Source: Bilabrum cf. latius (lineage: Eukaryota). Taken from it: 64,000 nt of DNA. A program made the position numbers and the translations under genes. Below, one piece after another: positions 34,629 to 48,300 of the stretch (the first letter of the stretch is position 1; each line of letters starts with the position of its first letter). The DNA is taken from the NCBI GenBank assembly GCA_965178125.1, contig OZ237735.1, forward strand, positions 186,001 to 250,000, in the 5' to 3' direction. The notes under the pieces were generated by a model that did no database searches, had not been told where the DNA came from, and was given only the letters and a program-made list of their open reading frames with translations.

Positions 34629-37291
34629 TCACGTGGATGCTGCGATCGCCGCCCCGGTCTGCTCGCCGTGCATGGCCCTCTGCCTCATGCGAGCCAGCAT
34701 CTCCGCCTCGGCGGCCTGCTCCCGCAGCTTCTGCTCTTTCTCAGCTTCCACGATGGCTGCCTCCTTGGCGATTTCCTTTTCATCTACCTCCTCTATAAGA
34801 ATCTCGGCTCCGTCAGGCACTGCGTAGTACTGCAGCGTGCGGCGATCGTCCTCCATCACAGAGGGGAAGGCGTTCGGCTGGTCCCTGTAGCAGACCCTCT
34901 GCATGGAAGGGGCCACCTTGAAGGCGCGGGAGGCCATCTGCTTCACCTGCAGCACTTGCATCGTCAGCGGCAGCCTCTTTTGGATCGGTTCCGCAGTGCA
35001 GGAGCGGGCCGCCATGCTCCGTATGGTGACCCGTACCGTGCGGTCCTCCAGCCGAGAGCTGCTCTGCAACACGGCAGACTGGGCCACCACCTCGGGGTGC
35101 ACCGCAAGCAGGGTCAGGCCCCGCGGGTGCTCCTTCAGCAAGCCCGCCAGACGGGCCTGAGCCACAGAGGCCGGCGACAGGCCGGCGCACTCTCCTGTCG
35201 CAAGGGACAGACCTCCCGCTCCGTTCACGGCGGCCACCAAGCAGCTGGCCTGGCCTGCCACCATCGCAGTCGGGTCAGCCGCGCCTGGCCCGGGCCTGCC
35301 CTTGCCCGGTGCCCGCGCGCCCGCCCCGCTCTCCAGCGCCGCGACGATTTCCTCCCCCACCGCACCCACGGCAGCCGCTCGAAGCTCGGCGTGCGCCGCA
35401 GCGATCGTCGCCGCTGGGGTCACCAACTCCTGGGAGCCGGCGGCGGCGCCCTCCCCCGCCCCGCCCGCTGCCGCACCCTCGGGGGCGGCCGATGAGCCAG
35501 GTGCCGCCGCCGCCGCTTTGCCCACCCCCTTGTTCCCCAGCATCCTGGCTGCCTCCCTGGCGTACACCTTCTCCGCGTCTGTCCTTTCCCTCCCCCGCAC
35601 CTCGCTGCCGTTGAGCACCAGCAGCCCTGGCAGCCTCGCGATCACGTGCTGCCGCGCGGCGGATGGGCCCATCTCCGCCTCCTCGAACACCTTGGCGTCC
35701 TTGAGGCGCAGGCGGGAGAGCGCGGGGAAGGCCACGAGGGCGTCTACGGCTGCCCAGCTGCCGATGGGGTTGTTGCTCAGGCAGAGGGTGTGGAGGCGGT
35801 GGAAGGGCAGGCCCGTGGCCTCAGCGGGCACCGAGATTCCGCCCACGCCAGGCACCACCACGGCAGCAGGTTCGGTGCTGGCACCGCTGGAAGCGGCCCC
35901 GGCACGCGCAGCCGCAGCTGCAGCCGGATCCGCCACCCTCGCGCACCGTATGGCGTACTGCACGGCTGACTCGGAGGGTGGCTGGAGGGGCAGCGGCGGG
36001 AGCGCATCCATCCCATGTGAGTATGCCATCTGCGTGAGCTTGTTTCCATTCAGCTGCAGCTGCCCCAGGCACGGCAGCGTCCTCAGGCGCCAGGCCTCTC
36101 TCCAGTCCGAGATGGAGTTGTCGTTCAGGCTGAGTCGCTCTAGCAAGGGGAAGGCCTCGGCGAGGAGCGCGGCGCCGTCCTCCCCTGATTCCGATTCCGA
36201 TTCCTTCTGTTCCGCTCCACCTGCGCTGCGCACCGCGGGCGGGGCCAGCGACTCGACTCCGCAGCTGCACAAGTGCGCCTCGACTAGCCGGGGCATGTGA
36301 CGAGCGGCCCTCACCAGCGTGTCCCAGCCCACGCCTGTCCCGCTGAGGATGAGGACTTGCAGGCGGGGAAACTTGCCGTCCAACAGCTCGGCCGTGGCAC
36401 TGTCTTCCCTGGGTAAGTTTTCCATCGCGTTGTCTGCCAGGTTGAGGACCTGCAGGCCCGGCAGCTGCGCCCCGATACGAGCAATGTCCTCCCATCCGCG
36501 GAGCAAATTCTCGCGGAGGTCCAGCTCCCGGATGCGCGGAGCAGCAGAGCCCAGCAGGCCCTCCTCTACGCGTGACACGGCACAGCCTTTCAACGAAACG
36601 TTGAACAGCCGCTTCAGCGCCTGGAATTCCCTGCGAGTCGGAGAGGGAAGGCTGGCAGGAAAAGGCTAGCACAAGTCGGGGAGGTAAGCCGGGTGCCGGG
36701 TGTGCCCGCTTCAGGAAGTGAATAGCTCGAACGGGGCGCCGTGGCGGCCTAATAGTGCACGCAAAACAACCGAAGCAAACTATAGGTCCTCACCTGACCT
36801 TGTCTCGCCCCACGAACACCACTTCAATATCGCCACCCGACTCTGCGTCCGTCACCGTTCCGCCAGCCTCAGCGCTATGATCGCTGTATTTCTTGTCCAT
36901 CGCAGCCACGATCTCATATCCTTTAGATAACAGAGGCAATTTCATGAAGGAGCCCTGTCCTGCGACGCACGTGAAGTACCTGTGCTGCTTCCCGTCCGTT
37001 TTCGAAACGACCGAGCCGTCGTGCTTTCCCCTACCTGGGTCGTCCCATTCAACACCTACGCGCGCAGGAAATGCTAGAAACACATGAAATATGCAATAAG
37101 TCGCGTAAATTCTCAAAGTGAGGAGCCATTGCCGCCACTCTCTCACCAGCGTACACCGTATCGGCGTTTTTTGAAGTTGCGACGCCGCCAACGTACCGAA
37201 CTGTCCCGCGGCAGCCACCTGCATCGACCACCCGGTCGCCCACGCTAAAGGTTGCGATGGTCTCTTTCGAAACGCCCCCGACCGCAGCCAT
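34629..37291 (-). CDS. TBCE: Tubulin-specific chaperone E (CAP-Gly + LRR + ubiquitin-like), 802 aa
   Basis: Introns 37056-37146 and 36631-36793 reconstruct the CAP-Gly motif GTVRYVG...YAGVEWDDPGRGKHDG. LRRs follow, then IARLPGLLVLNGSEVRGRERTDAE and a UBL domain (KRLPLTMQVLQVK...RTLQYYAVPDG). Ends TGA. Confidence 0.9.
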
Positions 37292-37386
37292 GATTCGAGA
37301 ATGCTAAATCCATCCAATAATACAGTCTTCTGTCCGAAATGGCTCGGTACAAACAAGATCTGTCACGATTCCAATCAAGCTTAAAA
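37292..37386. promoter_or_regulatory. Putative bidirectional promoter between TBCE and AGL
   Basis: 95-bp AT-richer gap between divergent start codons. Inferred from geometry only. Confidence 0.5.
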
Positions 37387-40300
37387 ATGAGTTTTGTACT
37401 TCGATTGGACGAGTATGGCTAGCCTCAATTCAAAGGTCTATTGCTTGTTCCCGAGAATGGACGGGTGTTGGTGTCAGTTCCGCCCAATCGGCGCATGGAT
37501 TCTGTAAGAGTTGCACCTGCACGAGTTACGAATACGACCGTTCTGAGCTCGCAAACATTGCAATGCACAGTGTTTGTTCCCACTATCCGCTTTTAACTCA
37601 TTGCAGAAATCTCTTCGTCTTTGGACAAATTCCCCTGTCAGCACTTCGACCTCGTATCGCCGCAACGCGTACCGGCCCATCGGTGGTTGTACCGCCGCCT
37701 CGCCTGATGGGGAATGGCAGGCACTTTTGGAGCTGCATAGGCCGGGGGCATTTGAATTTTTCCTTGAGTACGAACCGATCCGGGACTTGTGCCTAATTGC
37801 GCACTCCCCTTCCCGAACTTCTGCGCACGACAGCCACCCGTACGATGATCTGGCATGGGTATAGCGAGCTGAATCTGACGCTCACGAGGCGTATGGCGAT
37901 TCTGCCGTGGACAATTCGCCAGTTGCAAAGGTTTTGGGCTCGTGCGTGCTCGCTCAAAACTCGCCGCTCCCAGGAAGGGGCCCCTCTGCATCCGCACGGT
38001 CAGACCCCGTCAGGTTCGTCTGCACGCCGAATCTTCGAATACGAGGGGCACAGCAGGAAGGATCGGACGCGGACGAAGAGGCGCTGCCGTACGCCGGGAT
38101 CACGTTGCAGACGCAGGTCACTCGCTGCCTGGGCCCTCTCCGGCACTGGGCGTGGACACTGGCCGACCCCGTGCGCTCGGGCTACACGATGGTCCACTTC
38201 ACCCCCGTGCAGAAGCGGGGGGCGTCTGGGAGCGCGTACTCGATCTGGGACCAGCTGACCCTCGACCCGGAGCTGTTTCGCGGCGATTCTGACGTCATCG
38301 CTGCCGCAGACCGTGCGGCATCCGAGACGCTCAGGCAGATCGCAGCGTTACCTGCCGATGCGGGCGTCCGAGCGGCAGTGGAGGCAGCGGCAGCAGAGGC
38401 CCAGATGGACTTGAAAGACCTGGGCATGGAGTCGTCTTCGTCCTCACTCGAGCCCCTTGCGTGGCTGACTTCGAGCGAAGGCGGCAGCGACCAGAGCGCG
38501 GCAGCATCAGGATCAGGATCAGGGTCAGGATCAGGATCAGGATCAGGGGCATAGTTAGGGTCAGGGTCCGGGTAGGCAGCCGTGGTGCCGGCGGGGATCA
38601 GAACGCGCGTGGTGCGCAAGGCATTCAGCGGCATCTACGATTGGTTGAAGCACGGTGAGCCTCGCAAGATCCACTGGGCCGAGCAGACTAGGAGGGGCAG
38701 GTCAGGTGGCATGTCTCCTCACGCCAGTGCCTCCACTCGCGAGATGGCCGACTACGATCCTGACCTCAACGGAGAGGTGGAGGCCATCAAGATGCGCAAG
38801 CTGGCGGGTGCACTGGATCAGCTGGAGCGCCGTGGGCGGGCGCTCTCGATGGTGGACATCGTGCTGAACCACACGGCGGCAGACTCGGCGTGGCTGGGCA
38901 GACACCCGGAGGCAGGCTACTCGCTGACGAACTCGCCTGCCCTGCGAGCTGCTGCCGCGCTGGACACGGATCTGATGCGGTTCAGCCACGAGGTGGCGCA
39001 GGGGCAGTACCAGGGCGATGGCGCCAGCCCGAAGCTGTGCAACGCCGATGCGGTCAACAGGGTGGTGGACGTGGCGCGGGATGTGGTGCCCAAGAGGCTG
39101 CGGCTGTGGGAGTACTACGTGGCGGACACTGTGACGGAACAAAGGGCGTTCCTGGCCTGGGTCGGGGCCGGGACCTCTCACGATTGTTTCGGGCCCCGTG
39201 GGGGGCGCCCCTCGCCGGATGTTGCAGGGGCGGGCTCCCTCGTGTTCTCCATGCATGCCGTGCCATTTGAGGCCAGGGAGGACGCAGTCATCTGCGACCC
39301 TCTTTACGGAAGGGGGGGCATGCAGCGCGGAGCCAGGGCCCTGGATCGCGTGCGGAGTCGTACCGAGGGTTTTAGCGATTGGGACTTCGGGCCCAGTCTG
39401 CCTGACGGCGAGGTGGACAAGCTCGTTGAGGCACTCTATGGCTCGGGGGCCGTGTGGAACGACGGATCGGGAGGTAGGTTTCCTGTGCACGTGGCTCCCG
39501 ATGAGCTGGTGGCAGAGATTTAGAAGCACTTTGGACACGCGATGCAAGGAGCAGGGCCAGTGGTGGACCTGGCCCAGCTCCGGCGAGCCATCGACCAGGG
39601 TGCCGATGCTGCAGACGACGAGACCTTCGCGGCGGCTGCCAGGTCCCTCTCGGTGGTGCAGCGATGCGTGGCTGCGGTGAATGTCCGGCTGTACAAGGCT
39701 TACGATGCGGACATCGACAAGGCATTTGGTGCCGTGCGTGGCACTGCGCTGCACGCCTGGCTGGGCGAAAAGAGCGGTCGGGAGTCTCTCAGCCTGCGCT
39801 ACCCGCTCGTGTACTCGTACTTTGCGCGGGTGGGCCGGACACCCAGCGTGGAAGTAGGGGGCGGTGCTGGTGACTCCGAGTCCAAGGTGGCGGGGCGAGC
39901 GGGGGCCAGCTCCCGCCGGCGCGTGCGGGCGGGTCCCTCCGCGGTGGGGGATGAATTCGAGGTGCCAGTGGACGAGACCGGCGTTGAAGGACACTGTATG
40001 GCCTGCAATGGATTCATCTGGGGCGGCGAGTCTGGCATTGATTTCACCCTACCGTACGATGCCATTCCGTAGTACGTGAAGGTGCTGAATCGGCGCAAGA
40101 CCATGCGGTTCCGCCAGCGCAAGTGGAGGTCCCGTCGCGGATCCCCAGGTGTGGAGGAGCGCTCGGACCCTGATGCGGACAGCACTGGGAGGGCCAGCAG
40201 CAGCGCGGAGGAGGGAGGTGACCAAGAGGACGACGAGCCAGAGACGCCAAAGAAGGAGACGGCCGATTTCAGCATCCCGCATGACTCTGCCTGGGATGCC

Positions 40301-43300
40301 CGGGCAGCGCGGGAGGCAGGACACAGCCACGGGCCTGGCGTGCTCCGGCGCATCAAGACGCCCACGCAGTCCGAGATGGACGAGTTGTCCGGGCAGGCGT
40401 TCGGGCAGGTCATCGGTGTGCGTGGATCCGGTGCTGCTGGCCAGGATAGTCCAAGACGGTCGGGCTCCGCTGCTGATGCGTAGTCTTCGTCTACAGGTCG
40501 GCGCGATCCTTTCAGCGTGAAGCTTAGGCGGATCAGCAGTTTTTATGAGGATGCTGGAGCCGAGAGCAAGTCTAATGACGATCCCTGGTCCTACCCGTTC
40601 CCCTACGCCTTCTCGAGTGGCTTGGCTAGCGAGCCGCTGCAGTGGGAAGGTGGTAACGCTGTTGGTGCCGCCGAGGCAAAGCAGGGAGGAAGCGCGGAAG
40701 GTGACGACGAGTCACCAGACGACAGCGACGACTCGATCGCGCGCACGCCGGCGGGCTCCCGCAGGAGCACACCGACCAGGTTCAAGCGGGTTCGGGTCTT
40801 GTCTCGAGGTGACCAGATGCTCCATCTGCCGGCAGAGCTCGGCATCCCGGTGCTGAACTCTTCCACCCCGTACATGCGTAGGTCCCTCGTGATCTGGGGC
40901 GACTGCGTCAAGTTACGGTACGGCCGATTTCCCATGGATTCCCCATGGATCTGGGCGCATATGACAGAGTACGCGCAGCGCATGGCCTCTCTGTTCCACG
41001 CCTTTCGCATCGACAACTGCCACGGGACGCCCATCCATGTCGCCGAGGCAATCCTGGATGCGGCTCGAGCCGTGCGGCCCAGCCTGTACGTGAACGCTGA
41101 GCTCTTCACGGGGAACCGGGACATGGACATCGCTTACATCTCCAGGCTCGGCATCAACTCTCTCGTCCAAGAGGCGGTGCAGACTGATAGTGCCGGGGCC
41201 ATGGTGGGGAAAGTGGCGCAGGGCGGCGGTCGGCCGGCGGGCACGCTGCAGGACCCCAACCTGGCGGTGAAGGAGCTGCTGCCTGCTAACGTGCCCGGAG
41301 TGCTGTTCGACTGCACGCACGACAACGAGGCTCCAGCCAAGATCCGCACCGGTCGGTGGTCCTTGCCCACCCTTGCAGCAACCTCCATGTGCGCGGGGGC
41401 TTGCGGCTCCGTTCGCGGCTTCGACGAGTGCGTGCCCGTCAACCCGAGTGTGGTATCTGACCACAGATTGTACGCCCGTGTGCCGCCGTGGGAAGAGATG
41501 CTGGCGTCGTGCGACCCCTCCTATCCCGAGTCACAGCTCAGGCGGGACGTCCTCGAAGCGATCACTGGTGCAAACAAGCTCGAGCCGCTGCCTCAGTTCC
41601 GGGGCCAACTGGCAGCCGCTCTCAACCGAGGTGCGCCAGCGGCCCTCCACGCCTTCCGCCTTGCCTTTACTAGGCTGCGCATGTACCTCTCGCGAGCTGG
41701 CTTCAACGAGGTGCACGTTGAGTGCCATGGGGGAGAAGGCCTGCCCGGCGCCGACGTACAGGTGGTGTATCGAGCTCACCCGGGTAACACGAGCACATAC
41801 GTGCTGCTTGCTCGGCAGGCGTGGGAGAAGGCTTCTCTGTCCGGTAGCGACCGCTCCATGGAGCCGATCCAGATGCGTGTGGATGGGCGGCTCACCTCAG
41901 TGGTGCTCGCGGGTCGGTGCGACGTGCAGGAGTGGGCCGTGCGCAACAAGGCGACGGTGGGCGCGCGCGCGGCTCGATCGGCTAGGGTTCGGGCTGCCGC
42001 TGAGCGGTTGGGGCGTGACGCGACGCATGGAAGCGAATCGCGTGGGCACGCTCTGCCTGGCTCTTCCAAGGCGTCTTTCACGGCGTGGCGGCACGATGCC
42101 GGCGTGATCAACGGCTACTTTGCGCCCTCGGTCGTTGCAATCGAAAAGAATTTCGCGAATCGAGTTGGAATCGTCTTGGATGAGCTCGATGCCGAGGGTG
42201 GCGAGGGTAAAAGATGCAGCCACGCAGTGTTTGGCTCCGGAGACCGCGCCTACGACGGATTCGTCGGATCGCTTGGCATGGTGCGAGACGTGAAGTGCAC
42301 AGAGGCGGGCAAGGGCTCGCTGCAGAGCACGGTGGTATCCGACCTCTTCCTTGATCGAGCGCACTTTTAGCCAGGGAGCGTGCTGCTGCTTAGGGTAGAC
42401 ACCGCTGAGAGCCCGAAGCTTGGCTCCGTCACGGACGGCGGCGATGCGAAAGGATCCAAAGAGGCGACTTCTGCTGCTGGGACTCCGCCTTCGTCGTCGG
42501 AGAGTAAAGGCACGCAGCCAGAGACCCTGCCGCTCCGTGAGCTGCACGATCGACTTGTGGACAACAGCGACGTGACCCTATCTGACCTGTGCGTGCTGCT
42601 GTATCGCGCGGAGCCCGAGGAAAAGGACGACTCTGGTGGGGCCAGGGGCTGCTACGGGTTGCCTTCGTCTGGCTTGCTTCCGTGGGCGGGCGTTATGGGC
42701 CTGCTCCGACCGCTGGTGCACGTTTCGAGGTGGAACGACACGGGACACCCGCTCTGTGGGAACCTGAGGGACGGCATGTGGCTCGCTGAGTACACGATAG
42801 ACCGCCTGCGGCGCCGCAGCAGCCTGGGTCCCGCGGCCGACTGGCTGCAGCAGTGGTGCGAGCGTGTGCGAGCCATGCAGCCAGGGCTCCGGCCCCAGGC
42901 CTTCGAGCGGGTCATGCGTGCGTTCATCGGGGTGTCTCTGGCCGCTGTGTTTGAGAGGATGAAGGAGTCACCGCTGCTGCGGCTGGCGAAGCAGCGAGCT
43001 GACAGGCTCTTGAGCGCCCTGCGCGATGGTGATGAGTCGATGCGGACCCAGCGAGGCCGCAGCGGGCTGGCGGTGGATGTGGAAGCCACGACTACGTTTG
43101 ATATGGGGGATGCTGGAAATGGCGTGCACGGCGCCGGCGATTCCACTCCTGCTGCAGCTACTGGTTCGAGTGTCGCACAAGAACCGGAGCCCAGAGCCAG
43201 CGCATCCCCCTCTGTGGGATCCCATGCGTCGATCGACACGATCGTTGCCATGAACCAGGGCTTCTTCTTCCGGCTTAAAGGCGGGACACTCGGTGACGGC

Positions 43301-45196
43301 AGCGAGGTGGGCAGCCTTCTGATCCCGTACGACCACAGCTTGCTGCTGACGTCGATCATGCTGTTTGCCGAGCAGCCCAGTGCTCCGCTGGTGGACGCCA
43401 GGCTCCCGGTGCTGCCTGTTGCCGACGCGTCAGGGGATAGGTTTTCTGGCTGTGCTGGATCGCTCGCGGCAGGCGTGGATCATTTTTGCACCGGGTTCAT
43501 GCGCAGCTGGGGTAGGGACACGTTCATCGCGCTGCGGGGACTGCTGCTAGTGCCTGGCCGGTGGGATGAAGCCAAGCAGACGATTCTCTCGTTCGCCGCT
43601 GTCCTGCGGCACGGCCTCATACCGAATCTGATGGACGGCGCCAGGAACCCGCGGTACAATGCGAGGGACGCCACATGGTTCTGGCTGCAGTCGGTCAAGG
43701 ACTACTGCCTCATGGCGCCAGAGGGCACCGGCCTGCTGTCGGCAAGGGTCAGGCGAAGGTTTCCGTCGGATGCTCAGTCGGACTACTACGCTGACGGGCT
43801 CATCGGCGGGCTGCAGGTGCCGAGAGACGGCTGGGGAGAGCCGGTACCTCTGCGTGAGATCGTGCTGGAGTGCATCGGGAGGCACGCGCGGGGCATTGAC
43901 TTTGTGGAGTGGAATGCAGGCAAATCCATTGATGCTCACATGAAACCGGAGGGGTTCCGCGTGACGGTGCGCATGTGCAAAGAGACGGGGCTGCTCCTTG
44001 GCGGGTCCTTGCACAACTGCGGGACCTGGATGGACAAGATGGGAGAGGCTCCAAACCACGGCACGGACGGTGTCCCGGCCACCCCTCGGGACGGTGCGCC
44101 TGTGGAGATCACGTGTCTGCAGTACTCGGTTCTATCTTGGCTCGCCCGATTGGCTGCAGGTGGGGACGAGAACTGGGCAGCGGTGCATTCGGTGAGTCTG
44201 GACAAGCACGGCGACGGCCGCGGCAGCGAGGATCTGCCTGCGTGGGCCGGGGCTGATGACGCTGCCACTGCCCTTGTGCTTCAGGAGCCCGTCTGGGACG
44301 CTGCCATCCGTCGTGCCGGGGAGCAGCTCCGCGCCAGAGGTGAAGACGGGCGGGAGTTGAAAGGGGAAGGGGGCACCGGCTCTGACTCGTCCAAGAAGGC
44401 AAGCAACGGAAGTGCCGCGGCATCGGATGGGGCCAGTCTGCCTCTCGTCAGCTGGGCTGCGCAGGTGCTCCGCTCCTTCGAGCGGTGCTACTGGGTGCCC
44501 TGTCTGCGCGGGTCCTTCTCGTCAGATCGATCGAATGGCGGGGAGCAGCCGGAGGACGGGTGCTTCTGCTCCGATGCGGAGTGTGCGGTCAATCAAGACG
44601 TCGTAAACGCGCGGGGCATCTACAAGGACACGTTCGGGGGCGCCGCGGCCGGCGGCTGGACCGACTACCAGCTGCGGCCCAATTTCATGGTCGGGATGGC
44701 GGTCGCGCCTGAGCTCTTCACGCCGTGGCGCGCGAGGCGGGCGCTGGGCACGGCGGAGCGGCAGCTGCTGGGGCAGGCCCCTGGACAGGTAGGCGTGTCC
44801 ACCCTGTGTCCCTCCGATTGGGCCTACCGCCCCGACTACGACAACAACGACGACTCGAGTCGCGAGACGGGCAAGGGCTGGAACTACCACCAGGGGCCGG
44901 AGTGGGTGTGGCCCTTTGGGTACTACCTGAGGGCCAGGCTCAGGTTCCAGCCGGTGCGGGCGGGGGCGGACCTCGGGGAGGGCTCGTGGTGCCAGGAGGA
45001 CGCAGTGCAGTGGGTGAGGGCTCGGCAGGAGAGGCACCGCCAGATGGTGGAGACGAGCCCGCACGGGGGACTGCCGGAGCTGACCAACGGCGGCGGGAAG
45101 TACTGCCCTGGCAGCTGCGTGGTGCAAGCTTGGAGCTCCTCGGCTCTCCTCGACGCTCTCCTCGACGCACACGCGCTTCCCGAAACCGGCAAGTGA
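37387..45196 (+). CDS. AGL: Glycogen debranching enzyme (4-alpha-glucanotransferase/amylo-1,6-glucosidase), ~2568 aa
   Basis: ATG 37387; intron 37504-37606 (GTAAGA...TTGCAG). Motifs HFTPVQKRGASGSAYSIWDQL, DIVLNHTA, WGDCVKLRYG, FRIDNCH, AELFTG, DCTHDN, RSWGRDTFIALRG, TWMDKMG, QLRPNF, NYHQGPEW, GLPEL, QAWS. TAGs at 37420, 37862, 38552, 38573, 39521, 40070, 40481 and 42368. Ends TGA. Confidence 0.93.
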
Positions 45197-45306
45197 GGGC
45201 TATTTGCTGGCGGTTGCAACCAAGGAACCGTGCTCGACTCTATGTGTGCCTGTATGCCCGGATTCACTCAGAATGTTTCGCAAGAGCTATGATATGAATC
45301 AATAAT

Positions 45307-48300
45307 ATGAGCGATCATAGGTTTGGGGCCGGGGTCGCTCCCATAAAGGACCTGAGGCGGCACCTAATCGCAGCCAGGTCAGTTGCGATAGCAAGTCAGA
45401 AAGAGCTCGAGCAAGTCAGCAAAGCCGATGCTTTGCATAAAGGTAGTACCCCACCAAGGACGAGTACTCTTTCCGAAAAACTATCGTTTGACCAAGACTA
45501 CAAGCATGGCCTTTGTGCGCCACCGAGTGGATTTCGAAGCCGAGACGGTGCTATTGGCACCAGACAGCAAAGTACCCAACTCAGCTAGCTGCTCGACAAA
45601 CGAGCCAGGCTACAAGTATCACTAGACTCTATCCAACATGCAGCGGGACTTCTACATCCAATAGCAGAAGAGCCGGCTGCTAGCAGACAGGCTGCCAACG
45701 GCCATTCGAGGCGCCCAATTGATCGACTGTAGCCGCAAACAAAGCCGAGGACTCTGCAAATTGGCTTGACTTCTTAGCTAGAGTCAAGCAAATAGGCAGA
45801 ACGCAAAGAGGAAGATCAGAACGCCGAAGTGTAGGCGAGAGAGTACCCGCTCCACCAGGCTCTTGTTGAGGCAACGGCAGGTGCTGCCGAGCTTAGGCAT
45901 GAGGCAATGACTGAGCACGTCCGAGCTGAAAGCAGGCTGAGGCCCTCTACCGTACTAAAACCTAGCTCGTCTGCCTCTTTTCATGCTCTTGATCCAGTCC
46001 AAGCCATGGAACGCTCAACTGCGTCTCGCCTGGTGCTGGCTCGAGTTCGTCGGGTCATACCAGTGCGCTTCTTGCAGCTCCCTATGAGCAAGTTCGTTCG
46101 CACGTGCATCAACCTGTAGGACTGGAGGCCAAGCGATCCGATCGTCGCCCAGCTTCTAGTTGACTTGCCGCCGGCAGGCGTGACCTCGCTGAATGTGAGT
46201 CACTCTGCCCCCGATTTGAGTCCGGCTGCCTGCGGCTAGCTGCTCAAGCATTTGTCGGGGTCGCTCAAGGTGCTCTGCGCCGATCATTGCGCGGGAATTC
46301 ACCCGTCTTCCCTGGCCTAGCTGCGGCCCAAGCGGATCGCAAGGCTCAGGGCGCTGTCGGTGTCCCACAGCCAAGGATTCGACGACCGGTGCGCGGCACT
46401 GGTCGCGCGACAGTGCGCTGCACTCGAAGTGCTGGCCTGTCGCGGATGCTCGTAGCTCACAGACGGGGGCCTGGCCCGCATGGTTGCAGGTTGTTCAAGC
46501 TCCCTTCTCGCTGCTAGCCTGGGCCTGTCGGCCGCCGTGTCGCGGGGCACGTGCGAGCAGCTCCAGGGCTGCAGAGGGCTTCAGGTACTCGACCTGAGCG
46601 ACTCGGAGCTGCTGGACGATAGGTGTATTGAACTGATGTGCGGCCAGAAGGGCCACCCCTTCCTGCGATACCTAGGACTGGCCAGGTGTGATTAGATATC
46701 AAGCGAGGGCGTGCAGTATTTGAGCGGGACGCGTCGCACCTTCGGCTACGAGGTGAATCCCAAGCCGAAGTATCCCAGGCTGGTGCAGGTGGACTGCTCT
46801 GGATGTAATCGCATCACAGATGACCTTTCTTCTTAGTGAGATCCGCGCCTTGGATACGATGGCCGTGCTGTCCCCTGACACGACTTGCGTGCACCCACCT
46901 TACCACAGCAAGCACTGCCTCTATGCTGCCTCGCTGACTCCATTTACTCTGCACGCAGTCTGCTTCGTGGATCGCCGAATATCAGGTCTCTAGACACCAG
47001 TGGGAGCACCCAAATGAGCGACACGTTCCTCGGCCCGCTCTCCCACCTGCGCAAGATCGAGGTTCTTCGGCTTGCAGATTGCCGGGAGGTCTCGGACACG
47101 GGCTTGGCCAGGTTCCTGGGGGCATCGGCCGCCGCTACCTTCGGCAAGGTCGCGGAGGCGCTGAGTGATGGTGCCGCCATGCTACGAGAAGCGCAGGCAG
47201 ACGCTGCAGTGACCGCGCGCGAAATTTCCATGGGTCTAGCGGGTGACCTGGCGAGGACCATTGCGGGTGGTGGCTCGGGCGAATCGCCAGCCAGTGGCGC
47301 GGCCTTGGATGCCACCCTTCTGAAAGATGTGGCGCTCCGAGCACGGGCGCTGGATCGGCTGTACAAGACCATTGGAGCGCAGTATCACAGGCTAGCAGGC
47401 CTGCCCTTTGATCCCCGGCATGAGCCGACCAATGCTGAGTTTGAGTCCCAGCCGCCGGAAGGTCCCTAGTACGTGCCCTGCCTGAGGTCCAGGCTCAAAT
47501 GGCTCGATTTAACCGGGTGCGCTCGGTTGTCTGACCACAGCATGGTTCTGATAGCACATCATTGCCCCAAGCTGGGCGCCATCAGCTGCTCGGGTGCACC
47601 GGGAATCACGGACGCTGGGCTGGTTGCCCTGTCTCGGGCCCCAGCTGCATCCAGGGCGCAGGTAGTCCGGTTTGAGGACTGCAGGTCCATCACGGGATTG
47701 GGAGCTGCGCGGCTGCTTGCATCCATGCCGCTCGTCACAATCGTTTCGTTCAAGGGCAGTTCCAACGTGGGAAACGAGGTCGGTGCCTCCATTCAGAACC
47801 TGCACAGGCTGCGGGACCTCGATCTGTCCGGCTGCCTGCGCGTGTCCGACCCCTGCATCGTGGGGCTGCCGAGAGGCCTGCGCCACATCCGACTTCGTGG
47901 AATTCCGAACATTACAGATGACGGGGTGCAGCGGGTTTTGCTCAGCGGAAGGTACCTGGAATCCATCCACCTCGGTCATTGCGGGAGGGTGACTGACGGG
48001 GCCTTCGTGCCTCTGCTCGAGCGCGGAGGCCGGTCGCACAAGGGGCAGACACTGTGTCCCCTTCTGCATACCATCGATGTCAGTGGGTGTCGTTGCTTGA
48101 ATCCCAGCGTCCTGCGAGCCTTGGCTGCCTTGCGCCGCAAGCTGGGGGTCTTCGCCAGGCACCGCTCCTTTGGCGAGTTCCTGCCCGGTTCGTCCGGCGA
48201 GTAGGACGCCCGGACATCTGGGAGCTTCGACCCGGATGCAGTCACCCTGAGCCCCAACCATTCCGAGTCGATGCAACCTTCACAAACCTTGGCTCCGCTG

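Noticed and set aside
46834-46839. TAG-TGA as the true end of an LRR gene, or as TGA readthrough
   Set aside because: It overlaps a GTGAGA donor. Removing 46836-46958 restores a continuous LRR in frame.
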